A stretch of DNA of 64,000 nucleotides from positions 44,330,001-44,394,000 of the forward strand of contig OZ286472.1 of the NCBI GenBank assembly GCA_965644265.1, written 5' to 3'. Shown piece by piece: positions 40,201-52,688 of the stretch; the stretch's first letter is position 1; every line of letters starts with the position of its first letter. A program made the position numbers and the translations under genes. The notes below the pieces were generated by a model. It saw only the letters and a program-made list of their open reading frames with translations. It was not told the origin of the DNA and ran no database searches. The DNA is from Glycera tridactyla. Its lineage: Eukaryota.

Positions 40201-40977
40201 TGTCTGGCTAAACTAATGATGCTGCGAACAGGGAGTCGGCCTCAGCGATCGTCTTGGTGATCTAACACTCCACCTCTCGGCTTTTATTTAGCTCTCTATG
40301 GTTTTTTCTGGATGAGTAATTGGAAAAGATCCCGATTTTCAGGCGGTAAGTGTATTCTATCTCACATTGATGGACACAAATGATTACCCCTCTAGGTATG
40401 ACGGAGAAACGGAATAGTGTCGCATGGTGAACGCAATTGCAACTCAGTTGGCTATGAGGATACGTTTCAGAGAATTCTGATCACATCCAGAATTCTAAAA
40501 TTGCATTGATGAAGACCCTAGAAAAAAGTAGGCCAGAGACTCCTACCCTGACTCACGACATGAATGGAGAGTGTGAGTGCGCAAAGATGATGCACCTACT
40601 ACTCGAAGTATTAGTGTTATCCAGCTTCTCCTCGGCTTGCGACTGGCTCACGTCCAATGAAGCAAGTCATCACTTACTTTCTATGAAATAAGGTGAGATA
40701 CTTTTACAACACATCCTCACTGTCCCTGACTCCAAACACTTAGTGAGCTTCATCAGCTACTGCCATTTTTGCCAACATCAACTGAAATACTCGATCACCT
40801 GTTTTTGATATCCAACAAATCTGTATGGATTTTTTACATTCAGAATAATTACATCTGATGCATTCATTAAGGATGCTACTCTCAAATATGATAACAATAA
40901 CGTATATTCTAGAGTATGCAATTTGAAAGAATGTCAGATTAATGCTGCATGAGCAACAAGTCTATAAAGTATGGCAC

Positions 40978-41039
40978 ATGAATGAATGAATGAATGAATG
41001 AATGAATGAATGAATGAATGAATGAATGAATGAATGAAT
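40978..41039. repeat. (AATG)n microsatellite
   Basis: Direct reading. Confidence 0.97.
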
Positions 41040-42186
41040 TTTCTGTTTGGTGCAACTGCCTGAAGTATTTTCCCATTTGAATCTCAATGAATGTATGCAT
41101 AGTTCTCCGCCTAGCCGACAAATTGCCCTTCACCCAGCTCTGATTATGACATTTCTTCTGCATTTGATGATGCATAGGATAAGCCTCTATGTTTGATTGG
41201 CGAAACGAATCAAACAGACCACACAGGAAAGTGCGTCTCGATGTCGTACATTTTCTGCAGCCTTTTATGTAGCTGTCAGCATTCTCCACAGAGAATCTTA
41301 GCAACTACCGTTTGCTATGCACCGAGAGCTTGACTTGTCAATTGGCGATCACTACGTAGACGATTATTTGAAAAAAAAAGCATTCTATCAACATCTCTCT
41401 TGATGGCAAAAGGATGACATCATTGATCTGACCATACATTTTCAATTTTTTCAACGGAATATCAACATTTCTGCATTGGTCCTGTATTGGAATCGATGTC
41501 TGGACCATTTCTTCTCAGGTTTTTCTTGATCTCAATAATCACCACCCGGGTATATTGTTAGGCCATGCCATGAGTTTGAAGTATAGAATCTCTTGTGTCA
41601 ATGTGAATTTGTTCCAGAGCTGCATTATCCACAATTCCCCAGACGTTTGCCTGATAATTGTATTATGTTCCCCATGACAGTTCAATTATTTCCTGGCCAT
41701 TACACCAATGTATCGGTGTTAGTTTTCTCCGCCCCCCCCCCCCGAACCTTCATTGACTACTATAACCAGCGTCCTGTCTTTACAAATGCAGAGGTTCGTG
41801 GGGTGATAGATACTTTCTCTTAGATTGTTGGATGGGTTGGTGCAATATCCATTCATTGGAATACTGACGCTAGAAGTTGATGTACAAGGTTGCCCCCCGC
41901 GTTTTCTATGTCTCTGGTCCCCGAATTGTCTGATCAGTGGGTCCCTTCCAGTTCGAAGATGGCTAAATGACTTAACGAGGTTAGGAGGTGGACATGATGC
42001 GATAGAAGCATTCTCGTGTAAAGCTTGCTTTGCCAGCAGGAAAATATGACTGGGAGCTGACCGCAACCTGATCACATGTCAACATACGTCACACCCAAAA
42101 TAATGACGAGTGTAGCTCTGGTCTGTGTGACATACACGTGACGTCTGTGACTGGAGGATCATAACCACTGATGAATGAGTACAAAA

Positions 42187-42271
42187 AAAAATGGAAATGG
42201 TGTTGTTTTAGGTCCACTTTCTGCACTAGAGTAGGCCCAGTACGCTACCACTGAGCCACCGAGGCAGGCCT
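42187..42271 (-). mobile_element. Short tRNA-derived SINE copy lacking its central part, with 13-bp TSD
   Basis: Minus strand reads GCCTCGG-TGGCTCAGTGG-TAGCG (Pol III A-box at 42248-42258) joined to GTGCAGAAAGTGGACCTAAAACAACACC; no B-box; AATGAGTACAAAA at 42174-42186 and 42272-42284. Confidence 0.75.
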
Positions 42272-42471
42272 AATGAGTACAAAAGAGTCGATATACGTCC
42301 CATCCCCCATACGTGGTGGTTTTTGTCGTTGTTGGTGGCAGTGAATAGGTAAATGAAGAGGCCTATTAGTCATCGTGCTTTGCTCCCGTATTGAGATGCA
42401 GCAAAAATCTCTCCCAAATCAGACAGTTCCACCTTAATTATTCTACATACTGACTTCACAGATTACATTGA

Positions 42472-42774
42472 TATGTACCTGCGTATTTTTGGTATTGCAA
42501 ACTGTGTGAGTTTTACAAAATTAGTTTGAGCCAGTGCTCAAGAAGGCTTTGTGATACTTTCAATAGGAAGTTTGTCTCAACCAATACCTCCACCATGGCC
42601 ACACGCTCACACACGAATAGACAACTGAATCTGCCGAGAACAAATCTGAAGAAATGTGAAGCAAATTTCTTCTACTCATGTGGGAAAATATGGAACAACC
42701 TCCCACTTGACGTTTGCACATCTGGGAGTGTCCCGACTTTTAAGCGAAAACTCAAAGCGCACTTAGCCGGTTGA
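42472..42774 (+). mobile_element. 3' fragment of LINE ORF2 (CR1/L2/Daphne-like C-terminus)
   Basis: LCEFYKISLSQCSRRLCDTF...TRSHTNRQLNLPRTNLKKCEANFFYSCGKIWNNLPLDVCTSGSVPTFKRKLKAHL matches the conserved post-RT tail (FYKI...TR....L.LPR......F.Y.G...WN.LP.......S...FK..LK.HL) of CR1/L2-group elements. Confidence 0.85.
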
Positions 42775-43424
42775 TATATGTGGTTTCACTACCGTCGGTG
42801 GTTTCTCATACGCTATCATATCTGGTAATCTTATCTAGACCTGGCTAACCACTTGGTCTGGCCTCCTGGGTGTTAAATGACCATTGTAAACTCCCTTGCT
42901 ATCAACATGGCCCATGAGTGGCTGATTAGCTATGGCCTTAAGTATGTAGAAGAATATTTACGGGTTGACTGATCAATTACTCATTAGTTCAATCGTCACG
43001 AAGCAATATTTGTATTAGTTATGCACTCAATGCTATTAGACCGAGATATTGTTACAATGCCTATATACAGCGGATACCATAACTTATCTCATGAGTTTGC
43101 TCTGTCTTGTCCCTCTAGTTGTACTAATGGATAGATCTGCGCATATAGTCAGACATTGAAACACAAGAATAAGCAAACTGGCGTGCCACCATATCAGCCT
43201 CATAGCATACTAGCATACCTGAAGTGTCACTTACTAACTCCCATATGTATGAGGCTTGTTTGATTGAATAGCTTTATCACCAGAACTGCTCCTGAATATG
43301 CTGGGGCTGACCATCTGGTCTGGCCCATTTATGAATCCTGTCTCTATTGCTCTTGTCGCCACTCATGACACCACTACCAATTTAATGCTATGTGATATAA
43401 CATAATTATTGTACATAATTAGTG

Positions 43425-43640
43425 TCAGTGGTGGTAGTGGTGGTAATGGTAATGATATTGTGAAGGGGGTGGTTGTGGTGGTGGTAGCTGCGAGAGCGGT
43501 GATGGAGGTGGTGGTGGTGATGGTTATGAGGGTGGTAATGATGGTGGTGGTGGTGGTTGTGGCTGTGAGGGTGATAGTGGTGCCTGCGGTAGTGGTGGTG
43601 GCTGTGGAAGTGGTGGAGATAATGGTGATGGTGATGTGTG
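43425..43640. repeat. Degenerate (GGT/GAT)n trinucleotide tract
   Basis: Direct reading; gives poly-Val/His/Thr artefact ORFs. Confidence 0.9.
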
Positions 43641-44053
43641 ACCTCAAAAACTATGCTCTCAATCCTGAAGTTTTTGGGCTGACCATGTGGTTTGGCCCAA
43701 AATGGTTGATTAGCCATAAACATGCCTAGGAATGATCATGGCTTGATTAAATGATTGTTCAATTGTCATGAATGATCAAGCAAAGTCTGTATCATTTTTG
43801 GCATTTTACGTATGTCAGATATCGTTACAGTGCCTGTGCACAGCAGGTGCCAAGATTTCTCCCATGATCAGTATTCTGTTTTTGACTTTCGACTCATGCT
43901 CAAAGCTCAAAGGTAGATTTATACATATGATTTGACCGTTACACGTGAGTCTGAGGGCTTACCACCATATTAGCTTAAGATACTAGAAGTGACACTCTCT
44001 GAATCTCCTCTGGCCCAAATGATTTTTGATATGATCACCCTCTCTCGACATAC

Positions 44054-44116
44054 CGTCTTGATCAACTCTGCATTGTCAAAAATAGCAAACCCTAAGCCAG
44101 TATCATTTATCATATG
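44054..44116 (-). CDS. Candidate 63-nt exon (HMINDTGLGFAIFDNAELIKT)
   Basis: Acceptor ttattctatttgtataaatatAG, donor ACG|GTATGT, phase 0-0. Confidence 0.15.
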
Positions 44117-44745
44117 CTATATTTATACAAATAGAATAATACTAGAAGTAGTGTATCCATATCTCACTGGTGCTAAGTTAAAATGTATTAATCGTAAAAT
44201 TGTCCGAAGGAATTGATGAATATCTCCAAAGGATTGATGAATAATGTATCTCCTGTTATGAAATTGTCATACTACCTTCTCTTTGTATTGCCATTACTAT
44301 ACCATGTCATCGTATTACTTTGTGCTCCTATATATAAAAAGTAGTATTTTCATACATGCCTGGCTGGAGCCAAATAAAGTTTTTTCAGTCCCAGTCTCAG
44401 TCTCAGTCTCAAGACATGATCTATATTCAAGTATTGGCTCAGTTACATAAGTGGTTCCAAGGACTATCTTTCTCTGACATCATTGTAGTAGTTATACATC
44501 CAAATATGAGTAGGATCTAGGGCTGCTTTGGTGCCGATGCAGGAATCTTTAGTGGGACATGAGTTGTGTTTACTGTGAATACAGATTAGTGGTTGGAATA
44601 GTAACATTTGGGGTGAATGAACTGTGGAATAGAATGGCCAATAGGGAGAGTGAGGAAAGGAGGGTGAGTATAATTGGATTAAAGTTTCTGACGGTAAGTA
44701 CAAATCCTGAAAGTGGTTATAGCATCGACAGCTGACTTTCCTTAC

Positions 44746-44863
44746 ATCAAACATTTGGCTTAGATATTTAATTGCCTCCGTGCTGAATAGCAATTTCGAA
44801 TTCAATATCTCATCATCAACCAATATTAGCACCTCGTTCTCTAGGTCTGCAATCTCCTTTAAC
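44746..44863 (-). CDS. Candidate 118-nt exon (RLKEIADLENEVLILVDDEILNSKLLFSTEAIKYLSQMFD)
   Basis: Lies within ORF 44464-44892; acceptor caattactcAG, donor GAT|GTAAGG; globular-protein-like composition. Confidence 0.25.
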
Positions 44864-45714
44864 CTGAGTAATTGAGCATATCTGATATTCATTTTATTCT
44901 ACAGTTATCCATATTTTCTCTTATCCGATGAATACCAATTGCAGAAATTCGGTGTCAAGCTACTACAAACCTATCTTCTGTAAAGAAATAGGTGTATATA
45001 TTCATGAGTGCCCTATTAAAATCTGGTTATTTGGTTTGGTGACGCTTGTGGTGCGCTTTATCCTCCATCCAATTGTTCAGCCCAATGTGAAGTGACTTTA
45101 TTGAAAACCATGTTGATATAGATGCAAAATCATGAAGATAGGATAGATGCATAAAACTGGTCATGAACAATTCATTCCAAAGGCTTCACAGGGAGAAGTA
45201 AAACTAATATAGATCGAGAGTTACTAAGTGTCTATCCCCCATCTCAAGAAGAGAAAATAACCTTGGCAATCTCCTTCATTTATTTGAGATGATACTATGA
45301 CCAATTGAGCAATATATCAAACGTGCAATGGGGCAAGAGATCTCTATTGACGACATCGGAGGAAAACGTGGATTTCACCTACCATCAATGCCTGTAGTTT
45401 TGCAATACTAATGCCCGAAGGAAGCTCAGAAATATCAGCCTCGTTGACTTTTAAGAATGTAAGTAGTCGTCCTGGACTTCACCTCAGCAATCAGAACAAT
45501 TTCAGTAGGTGGTGGCCTTTTCGCCTGATCGGCACCAATTTTACTGAATTCCTTTTTTGGAAGTCCTATGATATATCTGAGGGTTCTATATTTCCATTGA
45601 GTCAGCATAATTTCCCCTAATTTTCTACCATTGTGTCTATTATTTTGGATTGAGATTGTCAACAAATTTCATTCCGGATTTTTTGTCTAAATTCAATGTC
45701 TGATTTCCTAGAAC

Positions 45715-45890
45715 CTTGTATCGTTCTTCGATTCAATTTCATCAGACATGCTTTTAGCATCATCCCATACCATCCATAGTGAGGGATGGTGGTGGTGGTG
45801 GTGATGATGATGGTGATTAGGTGGAGGAGGTAGAGGAGGAGAACTTCTTTCCTGCAGTGGAGGGTATGTCAGCCGTTTGGAAACACCCAT
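45715..45890 (-). CDS. Candidate first coding exon with Pro/His runs (MGVSKRLTYPPLQERSSPPLPPPPNH10PSLWMVWDDAKSMSDEIESKNDT)
   Basis: ATG in GCCATGG Kozak context at 45890; weak donor AG|GTTCTA; the His run may simply be a (CAY)n microsatellite. Confidence 0.15.
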
Positions 45891-46065
45891 GGCAGACGCC
45901 AAACTGAGTATCTGCTTGTTCGCATGTCAATACTTTTATGGAAAAAAGCCTGAAAAGAAAAAATGGGAATAATTATACCGTATTGATGGGTCTTGTAGAC
46001 ATGCATGCTTTCACTTATGGAGCGCCTTTGAAAATACCATAGATATTGGTCCTATGTGAATCACT

Positions 46066-46222
46066 ATCATCATCATCATTATTATTATCATAATCATAAT
46101 TATCATCATCATCATTATTATCATTATCATCATCACAATTGTTATTATCATTATTATCATTGTTATTATTATTACTGTTATTATTATTATCATTATTATT
46201 GTCATTATAGTCTTTATTATCA
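46066..46222. repeat. Degenerate (TCA/TTA)n trinucleotide tract
   Basis: Direct reading. Confidence 0.9.
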
Positions 46223-46249
46223 AGATCCTCGGACATTCTATACATGCTA

Positions 46250-46400
46250 GGGCGCGGCAAGTGGGCGGAACGGAAGAAGAGCAGAAGCGAGATAATAACA
46301 CTCGAAAAACGGCCGGAAGTGCATGCGGGAGGAGAGCACGTCTGTCATTAGAGTAGGATGATGGGGATATAACGGCACGTGTGGGCTTCTATGGCAGCCA
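46250..46400. promoter_or_regulatory. CpG-rich promoter-like patch (GC box, ETS sites, E-box)
   Basis: GGGCGG 46263-46268, CGGAAG 46271-46276, CCGGAAGTG 46313-46321, CACGTG 46376-46381. Confidence 0.35.
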
Positions 46401-47592
46401 GCATCCTCTCTGCTGGATGGGTATATTCATGAAGTGAGCAAGAGCACGTAGCCCGTTACAGGCTCCCGTCTACGGTCAGCCGGCCAACAAGTGAGCGAGC
46501 TATGCCCCCTCGACTTGTTATCCTGCCTCACGATGACGAGGGATTCAGTCCGCGTCTTTCACCCTTGATCTTCCAGAAAACATCACGAATTTCATCGCTT
46601 TCTATCAATTGGGAATCTATTGCTTCTCACCAATTACACAAACACAAACTAACAGAGGGTGGCTACTTTTCACAACACTCATCACTTGAAAACATGAGTA
46701 TAGCTTCAAACATGGGGTTTGCCGGTGTTTTAAGATGGCATCAACTAAATCACTTGGCCAATGGAATAGGTCGGAAGACGGGACGGGGATAATACATTGG
46801 TCAATAAAGCACCATGAGCACATCCCGTATGCAATGCACGGAATTCACGTCAACCATAGAATTCATCGTTAGGGGTGCTGACAGCAAAGACAAGGGGCTG
46901 AATCCGACTATCTTCGTACCAATAGAGATGGAGTAGACATTGCTGATCTTCTCGAAGATACGATCTTTCATATGGCCGACAAATACGGTCGGTCAGTCGA
47001 TCTCGCCTATTTTGAGCTGTTACGTTAAGTCGGTGAAAAAAGGAGACGTCACTTTTATGTCGACTGCTGTTATTGTTGGATCTACATTCAGACCTTTAGA
47101 TGTGGTTTATTGTGGAACACATTCTTGTCAAGAATATATATTGACTCCGTAGCATGCAAAGATCACATTTTGATCATGCAATTTTGTATGATGTGAGACA
47201 AATCGCCAGGCACGTTATATATTGATGCTGCCACGCTGTAGGGTCTTAGAGATTTCCTCTCCATGATTGTGCCCCATAATGTTGAGCAAGGTCCAAAGAA
47301 GATTTTGTGTTGATATCACGATCTATGCTATGCGTTGTGAAACAATTGTTCGTTAGGCATCTTGTTTATGCTGATATGCTTCATATTTCGGGAGAGAATC
47401 TTGGGTAGTTGTTGTTGAGATGTTGATTATCGTCACATGAGTGCAATGGGTCAATCGATAACAATTTTCACCGCAAGGATATCTGTTCATCTCAATACAA
47501 TATCTACAGAATTTGAATCATAATCAGTAAAAAGATGAACAGACTATAGAATCCTAATAGCTTTGGGACACTGGTGATCACTTCATATTAAT

Positions 47593-47781
47593 NNNNNNNN
47601 NNNNNNNNNNNNNNNNNNNNNNNNNNNNNNNNNNNNNNNNNNNNNNNNNNNNNNNNNNNNNNNNNNNNNNNNNNNNNNNNNNNNNNNNNNNNNNNNNNNN
47701 NNNNNNNNNNNNNNNNNNNNNNNNNNNNNNNNNNNNNNNNNNNNNNNNNNNNNNNNNNNNNNNNNNNNNNNNNNNNNNNNN
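47593..47781. other. Assembly gap (189 N)
   Basis: N run. Confidence 1.
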
Positions 47782-50242
47782 CTTACAAGCTTCAGATTCA
47801 ATCGATACAGTACAAAGCACAGAATGAAAAGCTTATTATTTACCCTCCACATCGGGCAACTCTTTGGATATCGATGAAGCTGGGGCAATGATGGGTCTTT
47901 TCATTGGCGCCCTTCTGTGAAGGATAGATTAGGGGAACATTTCTTAAAGCACATTGAGGCTATTTGTCGACGAGCTGATTGCCTTCGACCATCTTCAATC
48001 GCAGACTTTACAGCTAATTACACTCGAATTGCAATCAAATCTGTTTGTATAATGAGATAAAAAACGTTCGAGATAATATTATGAATTTCAAACTTTGTTG
48101 TTGATTTAGAATGGCATTGGCTTTCACCACTTGAGCACATTCAACATTCAAGTCTTGTGATACAGATGGATGAACACTGCAATCGCTTCTGGTTGACGGG
48201 CAAAATAGAAATATCCTACTGTGAGTACGACATTGCATCTATTGTAGGAACTCGCCATATCCATGATATGTATGGGCTTGAACATGAAGAATAATTGTTT
48301 CACATCTGTGGTTTTCCTAGGATTCCTAGTAGTCCTATTTTATGACAATCCAAAGATGGTCAATTATGCTGCATATATCGGCTGCTTTCATTCGTTCACA
48401 GGCTACCTTTTTCTGGAGGAGCCGAGATAAATTCATGTTCTATTTCGCAGTTTCAAGGGATGCGCGGGGTACATGATGATGTTGAGGCTCCATGCTGTCT
48501 AATCCTATGAACAGAATGAGAGAAAAGCAAACCCATTTAGTATGACCTCAACATAAAATCGTCCGAATATGTAGAAAATACGTTGAATAGTGTCCAAAAT
48601 CTCCAAGAGAGAAGAATAAGTATATGTGAATTGTTAGCATTTTGAAGAAAATACAAGAAATCATTGATGACCTCCACACCATCAATGGAATTCCGGAGTT
48701 CTAGAATTCGTATTTGCTTCACACTGCAAGAATATGGGTAAGTTGATCCTCTCTGGCGATAGACATTTTCCATGACTTGATCTCAGATGAGAGGTGGCCC
48801 ACATTCTGTAGCCTATTCTTTCGACGCATCTTCACTGCGTCGAGATTGCGCCATCAACAAATTGTTCACGTTTGAACTTTTCCTTGAGATGGTAGCTCTG
48901 GTTTGGAAGCGCCATCTATCGGTGACGATGGGCGGATACGCATGGCTTTCATCTGCATGGTAGATGCCAGGACGTTCAGGTGACGCGGTATCTACCACAA
49001 CGAGTCCATCCTGCTTGCACTGCGATCTTTCTAGTCCAAGAAACTCACAATTAACAGGTCGACTCAGGAGAATGCAAATTGAGACACATTTACGTGAGCA
49101 AATAATGAATTATCGTGGATGCAGAAGCCGCACCATGACTCCCCAGCCCCCCATCTGACTAATACGCATCTCCTCAATTTCCCTAATAAATCATTCAAAC
49201 AGTCATTTGATCGGATTAGGTGGTTGTCCTAATCTGCTGATAGGGACCCGCACATTCTGCTTCTAAATGCTTGTTCCACGATTTTCTTGGCATCCCATCT
49301 CCTGCTGGGGATATAGACTGAAGAATCTTAACTGGAGATATAGAGCCTTACGTTCGACGGTCCAAATGACCATCCTGATATGCAAATACCTTGGAGGTGA
49401 CCCTCACAGGCGACAGAGGTTCCCTTGGCTACGGATTGCGAGAACCCAGTGCGATTAGTGGGATTCAAACCAATATTCACATGGGACAACCCGAGCTACG
49501 AGCAGGGGCGGCTGGAAATTGGATGATTTCGAGGGTTTGTTCCATCCGACTCAAAGTGAAGTTGAAGTCTGTTAAGGGTAATTTTTGGCTCTATGGTGAT
49601 AGCAGATGTGTAGGGGTTATCATCCGGTGGTCTGTCAATTCAGTGCAGGCCGTACGTCCAAGTTCTCGCTTAAATAGGCGATTCATGCGCCTGGCCGGAG
49701 ACACTACACTTGTGAGTGGTCCCCATCATGTGACCAGCTATACTAATGTCGTTCACCTAGCATCTGATCTGCTTTTAACCCCTTCTTCCCATGTACATCC
49801 ACATCATCACACAAGAATGGATTGGAAATTGTTATATGCAGGTCAATAGATGTGACACAATTTCTAGTGACTGAAAGCTGATGTCATTTCTGCGAATATT
49901 TTGTTCGGAACTTATGATTCCTCTGATATATCATTGAAATATACACTCACCCCCTTGTAGTATGCGAATTTCATAAATTTCCACCTTCTGTTGGGGACCC
50001 AGAGGGGGGATTCTTGAATGATCTCCCCAAAGTTCATTGCATGTGCGCCACAAATATCACATATTGGGCTCAGGTGACATCAGAACCAATCGACAAACAA
50101 ATCCAATGTTTTTCAAAATGTCACAAATTAGTCAGACATACGTTGATTGTGGACACCCTTGACAGCAATATCTATCGATCATGCTCTTCAACTTCGAATA
50201 TTCTTCGAGTGTATTTGGGCGGCGTAACCCTCCAAATAAGCC

Positions 50243-50323
50243 AGTGAGGGGGTAAAACCGCCTCCCTGATAAACCTGTCACACTTCTTCCAGGTGGGACG
50301 GCTAGTTGGGATAGAAAAAAGTG
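50243..50323 (-). mobile_element. Possible SINE internal-domain remnant
   Basis: Minus strand CACTTTTTTCTATCCCAACTAGCCGTCC... resembles, from memory only, the central domain of invertebrate SINEs; not verified. Confidence 0.2.
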
Positions 50324-50602
50324 ATTGCAAAGCATATAACGAATGGTCATTTGATAAGACATAGCCTTTTTCTGTGGGGTTTAGAGGAAGGAGACGTCGC
50401 TGTCGTTACGGGAGCCGTTTCTAAACAACGAACTCATTACATGCCGTGTCACTGATGATGATGAAAGATCGACCCTGAGCTTCACATCACGTGTTTGCAG
50501 CATCACTCTCCGAGACAATGACCCTGCTGCCTACCTTCCTATTCTTATGCCCCCGCCCTCCTCCCCTTACCTCCTCCTTCCTCCTCGCTCTAGTCTCCCT
50601 GC

Positions 50603-50616
50603 CTGTCCGTCTGTCC

Positions 50617-50674
<58 letters not shown>
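50603..50674. repeat. (CTGT)n microsatellite
   Basis: Direct reading. Confidence 0.97.
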
Positions 50675-51212
50675 GTTTCGCTCCGCCTCTGTCTCCCTAC
50701 TAAAATATATAACCAATTTATCCTGTGAATGTATGTATGACTCATCGAGTAATTGTTATTTCTTCGCAAAACATGCCCTGTTCTATATATTTGTTATGTT
50801 TACTTGAAGGAATTGTTTGAACGGGTATCACCGGTGGATTGGTTTCTCACAATGGTTCCTCGATTTAAGAATCATAACGGTGGCAACTTTTAGACATGCT
50901 GACGTGCAAACGTTAACTTCAATTGCATTGATGGTCCGCCTAACACTCGGAATTCATACTCAATTTTCGGTGAAATGACATGAAATTAAGATGAATTGGT
51001 ACCAACATGATCTTACCTTGAGCACTCACTCACATTCCCTAACTGAGATCAGGGATCAGCTTCACCATCTTGCTTATATTTCCCAAGTGTCTGATACCAT
51101 TCCAACAATCGAAACTTCCTGAGCCACTACAATACTCACACAGGTATTACATATTGTTGCGTATGTTGAACCTGAGGGACATGCAACTTTTCTCAGAAGC
51201 ACCAACGCATTT

Positions 51213-51217
<5 letters not shown>

Positions 51218-51271
<54 letters not shown>

Positions 51272-51280
51272 CGTGCGTGC
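51218..51280. repeat. (TG)n followed by (GCGT)n
   Basis: Direct reading; alternating purine-pyrimidine tract (Z-DNA prone). Confidence 0.97.
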
Positions 51281-52539
51281 TGCGCACGTATGAGTGTGCT
51301 TTTCTATCATATCATATAACAGGATCCAAGGCGCATGTAGATTACCTGAGATGTCTGGAAATGGAGGCAGTGACATAGAAACAGTTTGATAATGATCAAC
51401 CGCTGGTGTACTTCATCCCAATCTGACCACCATGTTGATTGCTAAAAATAATTGGGTAGTGGCTGTACTGGTTCACCATAGGAGGGTGAAGGTAGGGCAA
51501 CATCCCCCGATCCTCTCCCTATATTAATCCTCTCCTATCCCCCTTTTCCCCCCGATGCCACCTCTTCCTCCTCTTTATCACAGTCGTTGATATAATGAAC
51601 AGCTACAATAGCAGCAGCAGTGAAAGTGTCTACAGCAACAACAATTAAGGAATATAAAACCGTCTTCATCTCGCTTTTTTCATGACTCACTTTCTCTGGT
51701 CGCTCTGCAATTTGGCATGAGCCAGTGGGATGCCCGTTCAGATGCTCCACTATCGTAAGTACGGGATAACAGTGGAAGGAGATGCATGGGTGAGTGGCTC
51801 ATAATTGAAAAGGAAGCTGACGAAGAGAGATGACGTGCGGAGACTCGTCATTCTGAAGTGTATTGTTTGCAACATGATGAATTTGGCATGCCACTGCCAC
51901 CTTCCTATTATCAACACAATTAATGACCACAGCCAGACATCTCCATGGAGACGTTTCACCAGGATACGGGTGTATGAAAATCCATCCAGATTTTCTTCTC
52001 GAGTCATAGAGACTGTTTGCCCTCACACGTGAAATTTGGCGCATCCTTATTGCATCACACACAGCTTCAGACACACCACCCGTGTGTCACTGGCGATTCA
52101 TCATTCCCATATAGAAATGAGGGAAAGACAATATTGTTGCATTACAAAGAAGAGTGAACTGAGATACGAAAAGTTACGAATTAAGTGAGTAATGGCTTTC
52201 AATTTGCGATGGTGTCCTGTTTTCGGCAAGGCTATGTTCAGAAGCGATGCACATATAGAAACAATTTGTCATAGCTCCTTATTCTGAAAAAAAAAGCAGT
52301 TGCCTCATATTTTCGTCCTTTGATGACTTTGTTGATGCTGACCGACCCCTTGCAACTGAATATCAGCTCGTGGGACGAATAGTCTATATTGATGCAAGAC
52401 CATAATCGACAGAAATTACACCATATGGACTATCTATCGGTCCGTTCATCTTGGCCTTGATGAGTCTCTACGATGGTGGTAGTCCAAATGGACTGTGTTG
52501 TGATTGTACTCTTTTGTCTGTATACTTATCTTTTATCAG

Positions 52540-52688
52540 TAGATACAGCCATACTAGAAATATGGTGGCCAAAATGTATTTTAGTCATCACTCAACAATC
52601 AATGGTGAAAAGGATCCACAGACGAGTTTCCATGCACCCTCACAACTCGAGTGGTCAATCCACAGTTTGTTCGGGACATGGAGGTTTG
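52540..52688 (+). CDS. Candidate 149-nt internal exon, frame and product unresolved
   Basis: Acceptor cttttgtctgtatacttatcttttatcAG, donor TTG|GTGAGT; two frames are open across it. Confidence 0.25.

Noticed and set aside
42187-42271. tRNA gene
   Set aside because: Only the A-box/D-arm portion is present; no anticodon arm, T-arm or B-box; TSD-flanked, so it is a SINE derivative
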